A stretch of DNA of 64,000 nucleotides. It comes from Balanoglossus misakiensis. Taxonomy: Eukaryota; Animalia; Hemichordata. Of this stretch, positions 14,799-28,400 are shown piece by piece. The notes beneath the pieces were generated by a model. That model searched no databases. It worked only from the letters and a program-made list of their open reading frames with translations, and was not told where the DNA came from. Made by a program: the position numbers and the translations under genes. How positions within the stretch are numbered: position 1 is the first letter of the stretch; each line of letters begins with the position of its first letter. The stretch is from assembly GCA_040954595.2 (NCBI GenBank), contig CM082577.2, forward strand, positions 7,465,846-7,529,845, in the 5' to 3' direction.

Positions 14799-15438
14799 AG
14801 CCCAGACAGCCACATGGCATGATTACTTGTGTTGACAAGAACAAGTTGAAATAACAGTGCCATATAACTAATACTATTCTATTCTCAATCTGTGTTAAAA
14901 CTTCATATATTAAACCTCAGATTCAATTCATGCCCTCATAATTTGAAAGTCTTGGTGTCATGGCTGCGTTTATGGTCATCCTGCCATGTACATTTGTACC
15001 TCCGTCACAGGCCAGGGATACGCAATTACCCTGTTTATTCCTATTGCTTGGGGTTCTATGAATAATGGACGCAGGGTTTTATTAAAAAGACAATCTGCAG
15101 CCAAATCTAACGGTGCAGTGACAGTCGTTCCATCGGGTTGTATTTGCAGAAGTAGAGATGGAAAAAAATATGACGAACTGGCATTAATTCTATGCACCAT
15201 CTGCGATAACACGGCTCATATTTAAAACACAAACTGAACAGAATTTATGAACTGCACCGACATTTTTTATCGTCATTCTACACGGGTGACGGTGAAAGTC
15301 TGAAGCTGCTTGCCCTCTCTGCAGCACTGCGCATGCCCCGGGGCACGATGAGGTCAGATTAGAAACACGGAAGCAACGTTTGCAGATGTTCAATTTCGAT
15401 GATTACACTGGGAGCTAGCTCTCTGCAGAGACACTCAC

Positions 15439-15492
15439 GGAGCTTCGGCGTCGTACAGACAGTTCGCGACGGCCGGCAGCACCGTCTCGCAT
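15439..15492 (-). CDS. Candidate 18-codon first coding mini-exon (MRDGAAGRRELSVRRRSS)
   Basis: ATG at 15492 (A at -3), 54 nt open, then GTGAGT at 15438-15433 (phase 0); lies directly downstream of the paired CCAAT boxes. No homology evidence. Confidence 0.25.
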
Positions 15493-15535
15493 GCTCTGCT
15501 CTGTATTGAACGGCGCTCGATAATAAACAGGGTCG

Positions 15536-15586
15536 CTGATTGGCTACATCTCTTAGCGGGGATGCTTGACTGGCGCCTGATTGGCT
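15536..15586 (-). promoter_or_regulatory. Paired NF-Y/CCAAT boxes (candidate promoter)
   Basis: Two identical CTGATTGGCT (AGCCAATCAG on minus) at 15536-15545 and 15577-15586, 41 bp apart, in a CpG-rich patch. Confidence 0.5.
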
Positions 15587-18500
15587 GCTAGTTCAAACGT
15601 CATACGCATTTAAAAACGACAAGGCGCATGATACATGTTCTCTTATGTCGTCTCCATAAGATGTAGCTTTCATTTTGTAACTGGAACAGCCGAAACGTCT
15701 GTAAAAATTTGCTATCGGTATTGAATTTTGCAGAACTCTATATTACACTATATTACAATTCTTTTTTTTTTGCATTGAAAGCTATTATGGCGATTTACAC
15801 ATTCTGTTACGCACTCTGTTGCGTGTTTACATTTCGGTTGCTAATACCCTCAACGCAATCTGATTTCCCACATGACGTTAATGCCCCTCATCGCCCGCAA
15901 AGCGAGATACAGTATGGCGTGGAGCGAACGCATTTGTGCCTGGATGGACATCAGACGGGATACACAGTACACCATAAAAACCAAGAAGATCAATGTTTGC
16001 GGTTATAAGCATGTTTGGCGACCAAATCTGCGAAGATTTCCATAGAGTGGAAACGTTATCTGCTCGAATCGCAGAGTGGAACGACTGTACTCAGCACAAT
16101 TACTCCACGGACGTCTGCTATTTCGCCGCGCGACACCTCAGGGGATCCCGTCAAATAAGCGCGCGAAATGTAAAGAATGTGAAAATTACTTGCGTGATCT
16201 CAGCAAATTTGTGAACACGGTGGAAAAAATGTTTACTCGAAATATATTTGTGTGCACGGTACATTTTGTATATTTGTACGGGGGGAAGAGAGAAAGTGAG
16301 CTTTCTGGAAAAAAATACCTGAACGTGCTCGTTTTTTAAATTTCGCAATAAAACGCGGTTTATGAAACAATTAACTAAATGTAGCCCAAGAAAAAGACGA
16401 CAAAGATGTTACAAAAGCAATAGTTGAATCTGTGTAGAGCGGCGCCTTCTTTGTCTGTGCCAACAGAATGGTATGTTTTATCGTCTGTTAAAATTATGAA
16501 CTCAGCAGAAATTACATTTACTTTCGTTTTATTGCATTTTTCAACTATTCAACAAAAAGCTGTAGTTACCATTCATTCTCTGTCTAATCGGACTACATGT
16601 TAAGTATACATTTTTGCCTTTCAATTCCCTAATTGTCGGCATGTCGTGCTGATGCAGAATGGCGAACACTTTCAGTCTGTCCGTCACAGCTAAAATACGC
16701 GATGTCGCGCCTCTGTTGCAGTTGTATTGAACTCTTTTACCCAGAATGCAATTGTTACAAAGTGTTTTGACCACCTAACTTAGGAGTACAACCATGGGAA
16801 GCGAATATTGCCGTTCTCGACATACACGTGGTAGCCGCTCTGCCATTTCGATCAAATCAGACACACACGATACTCAATCTTTGCCTCCTTTCCGGAATTT
16901 GCCCGACGACGACGAGGACTAATTAACTTGAGTATATTTAATTCGATATCACCTATGTTATCTTTAATTTCCTGCAGCGATCCAAATTTAATAATCAATT
17001 ATTGGCTTACGTTAGCTGCTGAGTTGGTTATTGATAGCCTGTAATTGCCAAACACTCCATATTCATGTAGGCATGCGCCTTTATCGCTTCCAGGAGTTTG
17101 TAGCTACGCGTTATTGGAGTCCGAGTAATATCTCCCGTTCAATATTGACAACCGTGGTGTCGAGACGAAACCATGCTTCGAATATAAACAAAACTCGAGA
17201 CTGCATTTCGTGGGTGACGTATTTAGACTATCGCCAAACACTCGGATTCGCTGTGTGCTCGCTTCTGAACCATGTCCTTTGCGAACAGGTGTCCGTTTCG
17301 CGAGGCGTGGCATGGCTTTGCTGTGGATAAACCGACCACCGCGCTGCTATTCTCATGACACCACCGAGAGGGACAGTAATGAAATCCCACGAATGAGTCC
17401 CAACCAACGCTTCATCACGCATCTACATGAAAACGCATAATGATAATCTCATTTCCGCGTTCGGTTACACGTTAATGAATCAACCCACGGGACGCGGGAG
17501 AGACACCGATTAGTGTATGTCGTTCGCGGCTAACTGAATCGTACGGTTCCCTGTTTCAATTCAGAGTCGTCTCAGTAGGTTACACCTGGTATAATGGAGT
17601 TTTAAAAATTGACTTATTGGCAGTGAAAGCTTTATCGGTTCTCGATTACACTGAAAGCTTTTTAGCTTGTAGTGTTTGTAATGACGTGTAATTGAATTTC
17701 TCGTCGTGGACATAGAGCGCCGACAAGACACCGGTGCACCACACAGCCTCTCAAGTCGATGCAATGTCTTGAATTATAGTAGGTAGGGCGGCCATATGTA
17801 TTAAAATTGTTTAAAATCTAGGATTGGTTCGGGGAAAAATGGGTGGTATCGATTTCAACGGATGATATATTGCTACACCTGTTGTCCAAGGAAGAATTTC
17901 TTCTGGAAAATGTGTCTGTAAGAGGTCTGTCATCACAAGCATTCAGGCATGTTGGAGCTTTCGTTGACCTTTTATAAAATGTAAAATTCAACTTTGCGCG
18001 AAGCAGACAGCCACTCTTTCGGGCGTCAAGCGCATCTTAAAGACGCGCTTTTCCATGACTACCACCAACACCTGACGTAACACTGCTCGTTGACCGCGAA
18101 CTGTTGGGAAGGTCATCGGCCGAGGAGCGTTCAGTTGTTGTCAACGCCGGGAGGCGCAGACTTCACTTAATAACACGCGAAATTCAGTCGGACAGATTTT
18201 GAAGATCGACCAAATTGCGGCCGACGGGCAAATCAATAAGCCGTATATGTAGACATTATAACGAGACAAACCATATCCACTTTCTGCCAGGAAACGCGAT
18301 GTATTGATATAATCAACTTCGAGTGGAATGAGATACAATGAACCCTGCCCGATAAAATCAATCACTCGCACACGCCCCGCCCTGTAGGACGTCCTCTTTT
18401 TACCTGTCCGTTGTTCTTTCGACACTGACGCTTTCCGAGCAAACAATAGCAATTTCTTCTAAATTGGCCATTCCTTAAATAATTTCACCATTTTACTTTC

Positions 18501-21500
18501 TTATCCACCACAGTCGGAGTGTCTTGGAAACCGGCATTTGTGATAGAGTTGATTCAATCTGAATTGGACAAAATTAGATCGCTTCTGAATCTATGAATCT
18601 GCACATTTCATATTTTTAAAAGCGAAACACGTAAAGCCCCTTTGTTGCGGGAGACGTAAATTAGCTGGCCAGGGAAGAGACCCGCTAGCTAAATTGGAAA
18701 GTCTTCAATACAATGTGTTATATGGTCCGTTTTTAGAACCATACAAAGTTGTGGGGAGTTTCTCTATAATAATTCTGTGCAGGTGATCGGACTTTGAGCC
18801 CAACATGGCAACTGGGATTGGGGTAATGTAATGAGGGTGTAAACGCGCTGTTCTCTATTTTTTATCGAGCTACCGTTAATTAAACCTTGGAAACCAAACA
18901 GCCTAGGCAGTTGCGCGACGTCACCCGTCGATGACGCACGGGGCACCGCTTGTACGGCGTGAGATGCGGCACCATTGCCGTTTGCGTTTTGCTAGGCGTC
19001 AAATCTAATTTTATGCAATTATGGAGTTTCGCGACTGTCCGATCCACCGCGCGTTTCCCCGCACTACATCTATGTCAGTACGAACGCTCGTGATGTAATA
19101 TGTTGATAATCCTTCTCAGATAAAGAATTATTTACTTTCCAATGTACTACTTGATATGGGCGTTTCTGACAAAGGAAACAGTGGACTGGCCGACCTCAGC
19201 TACAGTACGGTAAAACAACCCAATTATGTCAACAGCGGATCAATTCGTAACGGCGCCCTCGGCTATGCAATACTCCATAGTATCAATTGCAAGTCCAAAT
19301 GCCACGTAATTCAAAACAAAAACTTCCAAGAAGCTTACTAATGTGTACACTTGAGGTTAAGTGGCTATATAACCACACTGGTGATCGTGAAGAACGTGCA
19401 TGGAAATTGCACGCATTGCACTTCGAATACCCAATTCGGATTATATAGGGCCTATGTTCAACGCATGCGTAATGCTTTTATATAGAAGAATGTTGTTTTA
19501 AAATACACATGTTATCTGTGTGTTGTACAATCGTAACATATACATGTAACCTGTTGTCCAGGCTTGGTGACACATGCGCTAAACGCACTGCCCAAATCGC
19601 AGGGAATTTGTACTGTATAGTCACACCCGGTACCATCATGTTTTCATCATATATGACGTGAGGCAAATTCTCTAAGTGAATTCCCCATACATGCATGCAT
19701 GCATGCAATGTATGCAACAATATGTAAATACGGACGGGAAATTACAAAGCATCGTGCACACGCGGTGAAGGGTGATACAAATTGGTAGGGACACTAACCG
19801 ATCGAGTGGGTGGGGGTGTTAAAGCAAGGGGTGTGTTATGTCGCAGGAGACCGTGCAAGCACTAAAGGTTGCGAGAGTTACATTCCTCTCTTCTGCAATT
19901 TGCATACTTGTGCGGACCGGCGGGATTACTCCCGGGAACAGAACACTGTGGACAAGGTTGCGCAACCTTCTCCACACTATCCCCAGGTGTGCAATGAAAG
20001 ATGCAAAGGCGACCATTAGGCGGCGTAACAACCTGGTCGACTGAAAAGAGGGAGGAAATTGTCATGTGTTTACGAGAGTATATCCATGATGGCTCGCGTT
20101 CTATATTCTTGTTCAAGCATTCCAGCAATCTGCACTTCCACTGAAAGGTAGCGCCGCGAAGTACACCGAGAATTTGATGGGGAAATTCACAGTCTTCCCT
20201 AGACGCAACAGTTTCGTTTGATAAATCCGAAACGATAATTCTCATAACCGAATTCATAGAATACTTCCCCCGCATTATGCGCAACAGTTCTATTGTGTTT
20301 TTTTCTCCCTTACTGTAGCTAGATGGGTCGGTCGGTTGATCCACGGCATCGCACGCATACCAGATTTGACCATAGAGGGCATTATCAGCCAGAGAAATCG
20401 CGGTCGGTCGAAGCCAAAAATAAGGGTCAATTGGACCATGGGAAACCACCGTCAAAAGAACTGAAAAAAACCATACAGTAGCTGAGATCTATAGGAAACG
20501 TCGCGTCGGTAGACATCATTGTGCGCATAGAGTGTGATCGTCCTGTCCAACAAACCTTGTCGCGGAAGACGGGCTGTGGATCTGAAAACCACCTTCAAAT
20601 GATTACCATATTTCGATCATGGATGCGCCAATATTATTTTGCGAATGTGGTGTACATGTACAGTAAACGTTATTAATCCACCACGACGAAAAGATGTGTG
20701 ACAAAACGTTGTGACATCTGAACAAAAAACCGCAAATGCACACATTGCATCCGTATAGCCTATGTCTAGACTTTCATTCCCTATACGTACTTTTTTTACA
20801 CATTTTTCTCTTCTCCGCCAATCCAAACACGGTCAGAATATCACTTTAGTAAAATACCGGACGTGTACAGTACATATCAACAGCTTGGCGCGTATAATCT
20901 CTCGTCCCGGTTGTTGGCATAGTACAATTCGGGGATTTGTCAGACACTACTTTGTCGATGCACAGACTGGCGTCAGCTGTGTGGTGTGTTTTACACTTTT
21001 TGTCGGATTTCTTGGTCAAAAGTGATTTTTTGCATTCCACAGTTTCATTTAGAAACAATGTGTGTATTGTGACAGAAAGGGAAATAAATAATACGAAAAT
21101 AAACTACTGAAACGACTGTGTATTACAGAGAATGGTTTTAGGACGCTTTGAATGTCATGTTGAGGTATTCGTGCCGGCGAAGAAATGATGGACGATTGTT
21201 TATGTGTCGGGCGCTGTTATTCTTTTATTATAATACATGTAGTACCTGCACACGTGTCGAGTGTGTGTATGCAAATTATCTCCCGCTGTTAAAACAAAAC
21301 GCTGCACGTATTATCTCGGATGAATATAGGTTTTCGGCGACATGCTTGTTTCTCAAGGTCGTATATGTCATCTTGGCAAAAGAAATGCAACGGGTAAATG
21401 CAATGACGTGATGAAATGCTCACAATCCGATTAAAACCCGTTTTATTGAATTTGATAACTTAAACCCACACAGGAGATAAAAGCGGGAAAATGTGATGTC

Positions 21501-24500
21501 GACAATAAGTGAGAGCGGCGTAGTTATCAGTGTCAGACCCGGAGAATCTCGCCACAGAGATTTAATAAACAGATTAGATGTAACCAGACCGTTGGTATCG
21601 AATACTCCGACTCGACACCGAATCGGTACGACTACGCGGTGACGCGTGGCGCCGACGTCCAGCCGCAGCAAGCGAGGCGAGGCGGAACCTAGCGAAAACG
21701 GGCAACTGTCACAGTGATGTTGCTAACTTGGAGAAGCTGTAAACACACAAACAAACACAGTGACACACATACCACCACCGTGACCACCCCTAACCCGATC
21801 GGTTACTGTCAAAAATACACAACTAGAAGGCTCTCAGCGTTCTGAGTTGGATTATGGAGACATTATTGCTTACGGAATTGCCCAATGTTCGTGAGCGAGC
21901 ATAAATAACATACTAGTAAATACGAGAGGCAAAATATTCAATCGATGAGATTGCTTGTTGGAGAAGAGTACGTGATGTCGTTCGAAACAACTACGGCTGT
22001 AGCTATGCATTGATTCATCATTTTCAGAAATTGTTATTACGCTGAAAATTCCGTGACCCACTCTCTAGTTTCTGATCTATCATGTTTTTACGAAACCCAT
22101 CAAACGAGAATTACCAATTTCAAAAGCGACGACAGTCAAGGCTTCAGAATGATGAGCGCTCTTGTCATCGACAATGATTGAATGACGGCAATATATTTTT
22201 TTTTCACCAAAATTAGGGCACCGTAATTTTCAGTCATTTCCTTCTACATCATTCTTATGCAGGTGCTTGACGAAGCAAGAACGTGAACTCGCACAGTTTA
22301 TAGAAATATAGCCTGTATTCAGAAAGCCATCAGCGTAATCAAACTTCTGGGCGCCCCATTGAAATGCATCGAACAGAATTTCGTTCATTTCGCGCCACTT
22401 CTCAGGGCAGATGAATGAAAACAGCGGATATCCCGTGGTTCGATTTTGAGCACTGAATACAAAACGTAAACATGTACCGAGCATTTTTCTGAGGCAAGCT
22501 TCAGGTAATGACTCTTCGAGGTGGGCGAGTGAGTTCTACGAGAAGGCCCGTGTAGTATGCGACATTACTCGATTATAGATCTAATTCAGTACGATAACAC
22601 GCGGTAGGGGGCTAACCCGGTCCACGAAAGTACACAAAGGCATAGCCCCGTTAATATCTGTACTTCTGTTCGTCTTTAAAGTATAAAATCTTCGCAATAG
22701 GAGACACGAATAATGGTAAAGCTTGTTTTCTTTTCCATGGTTAGTTTCACTGTGACAGTTTGGTCTAGATTCGTCGGGAGATTTTATAATTCGACCTGTT
22801 CGGCACGGGGGGAATGTCTTTCAAAAGTCAACCCTTATGTCCACGCGCATTACGATGGACTCCTAAAAGTGGGTTAGTAGTAGTCCGACAGTCGCGCACT
22901 GAGATCTAAATGGATCAGATAGAGTGCGGAGCGATTTTGGCGTGAAGGGGCCCGGAGAAAGTCGCGTTTCAAGCGACGCCATGACACATGAGCGGTATAC
23001 ATGTTCGGATATCGACCGCCAGTCACTTTCATTCCCATGAGTTGCCAAAAGGCCCGAGTTGGATGAGATGGGGATGAGAAAAGATGGCTTTGGCGATGTT
23101 AGAAAGCTTGTTTGAGTCGTATTAACGCAACATGGGCTGATGTTCCCAGCAGAAATAATGGGGATTGGTCTGCAAGACACATTTTTCACTTTCGAGTGCT
23201 GACTGTGGAAAGGCAAATGCAAGTCTCTCTACAGCCACTTTAACTGTTTCTGTTTTGACATCGTTTTGATTATTTCCGTTCTCTAAAATACGCCTACTCT
23301 ACTCCGCTACGGCTGCGGGTGATGTGTGCCAAGTAACCGTGTACCAATCTACGAGTGTAGTCAGAAACATGACAGAGAAATTAGTAGGTTAGGTTTTACA
23401 CGTGGATAGTATCTTGGAGACAATGCGTTTAGTGCATCCTCCGAGAAAATGGGAAAAGGCGACGTGACCTAGTTGCTGTTTTGTATTTGACAAATTTCCC
23501 CTGCCACTCAACGCCTCTGTAGGTACTTCTGAATGAAGATGAACATTTCCAGTTTGGTTAATTCACACAGAACAGTTACGTCAGCCTTTGCGCACCGTCC
23601 AAATGCTGACAGTTGAACACAGATAGAGTCTGTTATTTGATTACGGAATCTACTCGCAGATTTCAAGAGAAAACCAGATGACATTTTCACAAAGAGTAGC
23701 TTCTGGTGTCGTAACGTTGTTCCGACGTGTGTAAATGAAGTGTGTTGGAGGGTTCTTTAATTGCATCACATCGCCAAATGTCAAGAAACGTGTTCGATAT
23801 TCCGACTCCCTCCCGCCCGCCAACGTCTGTCTGTCTGTTCTCTGATGTCAACTGCTCGTCATCATACGCTGCGAGGATAACCTTTCGTATATAACGCCAA
23901 ACAGGCCCGGTAGGCGTTTCTCAGAAAATCTGCTTGGATTAAAGTCTCGAAATCAAATCTCACGGCGGACTGTCTGTTCTCGCTCTGGGTACGGTCACAA
24001 TCTCTTTTCGTGAACCACCAGGCGTGAAACATTGCAGTCAGTCCAAGCAATCGGACACGAGGTGTTCTATATGCAAATAGCACGGCGAGCGCTGCCATGT
24101 TGCATCTGAAACACAATATCACCTAGTGGCTGATCTACCCGCATTAATATATATGAACATAGGTTTTTTCTTTTTCCTGCGGGCTACTTTTGATCTTATC
24201 ATAACGTGCACATCTAGTACCAACCAACCAACCAGCCACCCACACAAGCCATTTCTTGTTCCACGTCACAACCCAGCTAAAATTAAACTTGTGGTGATAA
24301 CTCAATTCCGCGGTCGAAAAGATGTTCAAAGACTGACCCCCAGGCGACGCCGGGGTCAACATCGAAGATTCGTTCTTAACTGCGAGCTTTCTAGCCAACT
24401 CCAAAAAGTAATAGTCTGCCTATTTCGGTAATTGCAGTTATCCCTCACCGGAATGCAAATAGACTGACGGCGCCTCGCGTTTTGAGTATTTCTTATTTTA

Positions 24501-25349
24501 ATTCGCGGCAACAGCATCACAAATTGTCGCCTTGTCTGACAGAGGGAGCGAATCCCATACATCTTCTTGTGGCTTTCTAACGACGAGAATTAAAAGTGGC
24601 TTTCCATTGACTGTAGCCCATCAGATACTTCCTACTTCGCGTTCAGTGTAATGAAGATATCCGTGAGTCGTTCAGTTGATCTGTGAATATCTCCACACCT
24701 GTGCAGTTGGTATGGGGCACCCCCCCCCCCCTGGTTGGATTCAGCACCGTGGTTTATCTCAGATCGATAAACAACAACAAAAACAGACCAAACTCTCCGG
24801 GGGTCAAAGTATCGCCCCTTGTCACAATATCAAACAACGCATACAAAGGAGTGGCGTTTAACCAGCAAAGTAGTACCTTGCAATTAATTACCTTGCTAAT
24901 AAAAGGACGAAGTTAACTTGTAATCCCTACGTTTTATTTATGAGCTCCCCTCGATGATAGAAAATCCCCCCTTTTAAGTGGATAAGGGTCTTACCCCCCA
25001 CTGCCACACATTAAAACACTTTCAGCAAAGTTTCTCATTTCCATGTCTTCCATCTCATTTAAATTTCAAAGTTCACATTCAGACAAGTTGATTTTTCTCA
25101 CACTGACACTTATTCTGAGAAATTATCTCAGGTGAAAAATGTGAACGGCCATCAAATTGATCCCTCTTTCAAAAGTGGTGACATGCCCACGTGACGTGGT
25201 ACGTACTGTTACTCTGTTATGCAAATTGCCGTACTGCGTAGTTCATGTCGAACTTTTTTGTGAGAGAGAAAAACTTCACAAGGATATAACTTGGCTCAGC
25301 GTTGGCTGAATCATTTCAAATGTTCACATGTGATTCTAAACACTTTGTA

Positions 25350-25406
25350 AACAACAACAACAACAACAACAACAGCATCATCAACAACAACAACAACAAC
25401 AACAAC
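25350..25406. repeat. Interrupted (AAC)n microsatellite
   Basis: Two AAC runs separated by AGCATCATC. Confidence 0.95.
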
Positions 25407-28400
25407 GGCCACCGTAATCTAGTTCCCTTCATTGCGTTTTTTTAAACATAGGCTACATGTACTAGTATTTGAAGCGGCACATGCCTTGGTTTTTGTCGAT
25501 CATCACTTCGGGTAAACGTGACGCGAATGTTAAACCCTCCTCTCTCTCCTTGAAGGTAGAGATCTGTGAATTGCGTACATGGCGCACTCGTGGGTGTTAG
25601 AATAATGAATCCAGTTGATTTTTTCACGAGTGCACTGTCCCACAGGACGGTTGATCTTATAACCAAGGTGAGTGCTCCACAAACACCTTGTCAGAACGAT
25701 TACATCACGGTCAAACAAACCCGGTCTCGGTTGATTTAAAGGCTGTTTTAGATGTAACACACGGGTCCGTTGGAGAGCTGAAGGGCTGCATTGTAAAAGA
25801 CTGAAAGAGTACGGGTAATATACTTGTGCGCGCCCTGTAGCATTGCAGCACTACGCGCTCGTTGAGGAGAAGAAATCAAACATCACCGTTGAAGGACGTG
25901 AAATGAACAGCTGATGTTCGGGGGGGGGGGGGGGAGATGCAGCAACTGGTCCCCAGCTACCCCGATACCCTTGCACGTAGCCTTCATTCTACAGTTGGCA
26001 TTTTAAGCATTGTTCCGAGAACATCGGCGTTTCGATCCGTCGTACGATTTTTAGGCTTCGTATTATCAGACATGTCACGTGACAACTCCGCGCAAGGGCA
26101 TACGTGTACAAGAAGTCATCGTAGATTAAGTAGTTTCCGCTGAGAATATCGTGTTACAGAAATAAATGCACGTTAGTGTCCGTATCAGGGTTTGCCGTAC
26201 TTTTTTTACCAACATACAAGGAAAACTCCGTGCGTGTAGTGGACACAACATGGAATAGAATGGAGTATCCCTGAGCTAAATAAAAAAGAAATCAGTTCAC
26301 GTTTGGTTGATAGAGAGTTTGCAGGATTAGCCATGTCCGTCCGGGAAATGGCTCAGGATATGAACTCCCAATAAACTAGCTAGTTCGGGGCCGCATTGGA
26401 TAATATTGCGAAATCTATTACGTACATGTGTTTATCTCATAACGCCACATCCTCACGTCACCTCTGAAAGAAACAAAAAGGTATGTACGCCTTCGAACTG
26501 GCAAGTGGGCCACATTGGGTTGTATCACCAAACAAATCGAGTCACAACATACTATATCATTCATGACGCATAGCCATCGATTCTGGGATCCCTGATGACT
26601 GTCTCCGAACACGCACACATGCACGAGGGGGGGGGGGCTGATTTGTCTGATATCTTGGAACTCTTAGAAAGCAATCCACCTACACATGTATATGTAAGTC
26701 TTCATAAACTGATCGAGTACCATCTTTGAAAACTGATAACCTAGTGGTTCCGAGAAATGGATAGGCAGGAATGAATAACTCGTATGCTACCCTGATCTCT
26801 CTGTGTCCATCGACAGCTATCTACAAAGAGCGGATACTTTCTAGTATCTTTCCGTATATTATTTTGCTCTGAAACTGGAATCGGGTTGCAAAAATTTGCT
26901 TACGTCATAATGACTGCAGAACTGATTTCATATAATCTAAACGCCGCACAAACTTCGGTCTGCCGCGGTTGTGAATCAACTGTACTTTTTTTTTCGTTTA
27001 GTTTTAATTTCATCCTCAAAGTTAAATGTCCTCAGTTAAACAGACTATGAAGTCGTGCCTATGGTATCGAATAAGAGGGTTCGCGGAGGCGCCAACGGCA
27101 CTGTCTTGCAATCTGCAGTATTGGGCATGTCGGACAGAAGTTTGATACGGATCAGACCTGGTCGTTCTGTATCCCGTCACGTCAAATCCTTTCCTCTCTT
27201 TCTCCCATTTTCCATATGCTCTCCGGCTTATGCGTTATGAATGTGGTAAATTCATAAAAACCTTTCATTTCCCACTATGCGATCGCGCAGATCGAGTTAT
27301 CCTTTTTTCATTCTTAAATGCGAAGCGTATTAAAAAAAATCTCCGACGTGACGCCGGCTTTATGAGAAGCTGCAGAATGGCATCTTTGTCCACGGCTCTG
27401 CATTAAGATTCCGACTATTAAATTTCAAATAACTTGCGGAACAGATATATTGAAGGCGATTCGCGTTTATTGGAAATTGCGATTAGGTAAGTGAGCAGTA
27501 AACGACGAACGAATGGTATTATCAAGTGGCTCACTGATTTGAAAGGACGGTTTTGAACTGTTTTGAGGGCTTTCGCACATGATTTAAGCGCTGTCGCCAG
27601 ATAGGACGTCCCAGAGTATTGTCATAACTATACAATTTCCGATTTATAGGTGAATTACGAGCACTCCAACGATCTTGTTTGCAGTGCATACAATCTTGGT
27701 TTTATACACTATTAATGAACCCGAAGTTTTAAAGTTACTTTTCCGAACGCCCATTACGTGAAACTCTTCCGCGGGTCTAGCCGACCTTCATCGAAACGGA
27801 AACAGAGAGATCATCGATTTTCATAGGTATCGTCCAGCGGCGAACAGAAGATATTATCGAATGGGCGTCTACGACTGCGTTCTGGTGACGTCATCACTCT
27901 CAGCAGCAGCGATGGAGAACGGTCTGTCTCGGGAGATTTCACTAATGCTGAACGTCAACAGATCGATCGGCGTTAACAGAAATGTACGGATTCGGAAGAG
28001 CTTGTTCGTATAAAGACCATTCTTGCACAAAGACATTTAACACGGGTACGGTTGACGTCAACATAAAGATCTATACACCGCCGAAAGCTTCGGGGTGTGG
28101 TAGAACAAAATAACCTTGAAATTTAAAGGTATTTACATGATTGTACGACAGCACAACAGTGGGAAAGACGACAGGTTGCTCGCGGCAGTTTTCCGAGGAA
28201 ATGGATTATAACTGCATGGGAATACACAAAGTTCTAATTGATCTCCATTTTCTCCTGGGTTTGGACATGATTATACATTGCATTGATATGTTATAATATG
28301 TGTAATGTATTTTTAAATGTAGGGCATCACGTAAACATCACAAGATCATAACCGAATATTTGACATCACCGTTGTAAAAAAAATCTAATTCGCCTCCGGG

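Noticed and set aside
19862-20455. 197-aa minus-strand ORF, same strand as the receptor gene
   Set aside because: Non-ATG start and no resemblance to the expected next ectodomain segment or any family I recognise.
24943-24975. Weak inverted similarity to 63450-63486
   Set aside because: Short, gapped and low-complexity; not distinguishable from chance without a genome search.
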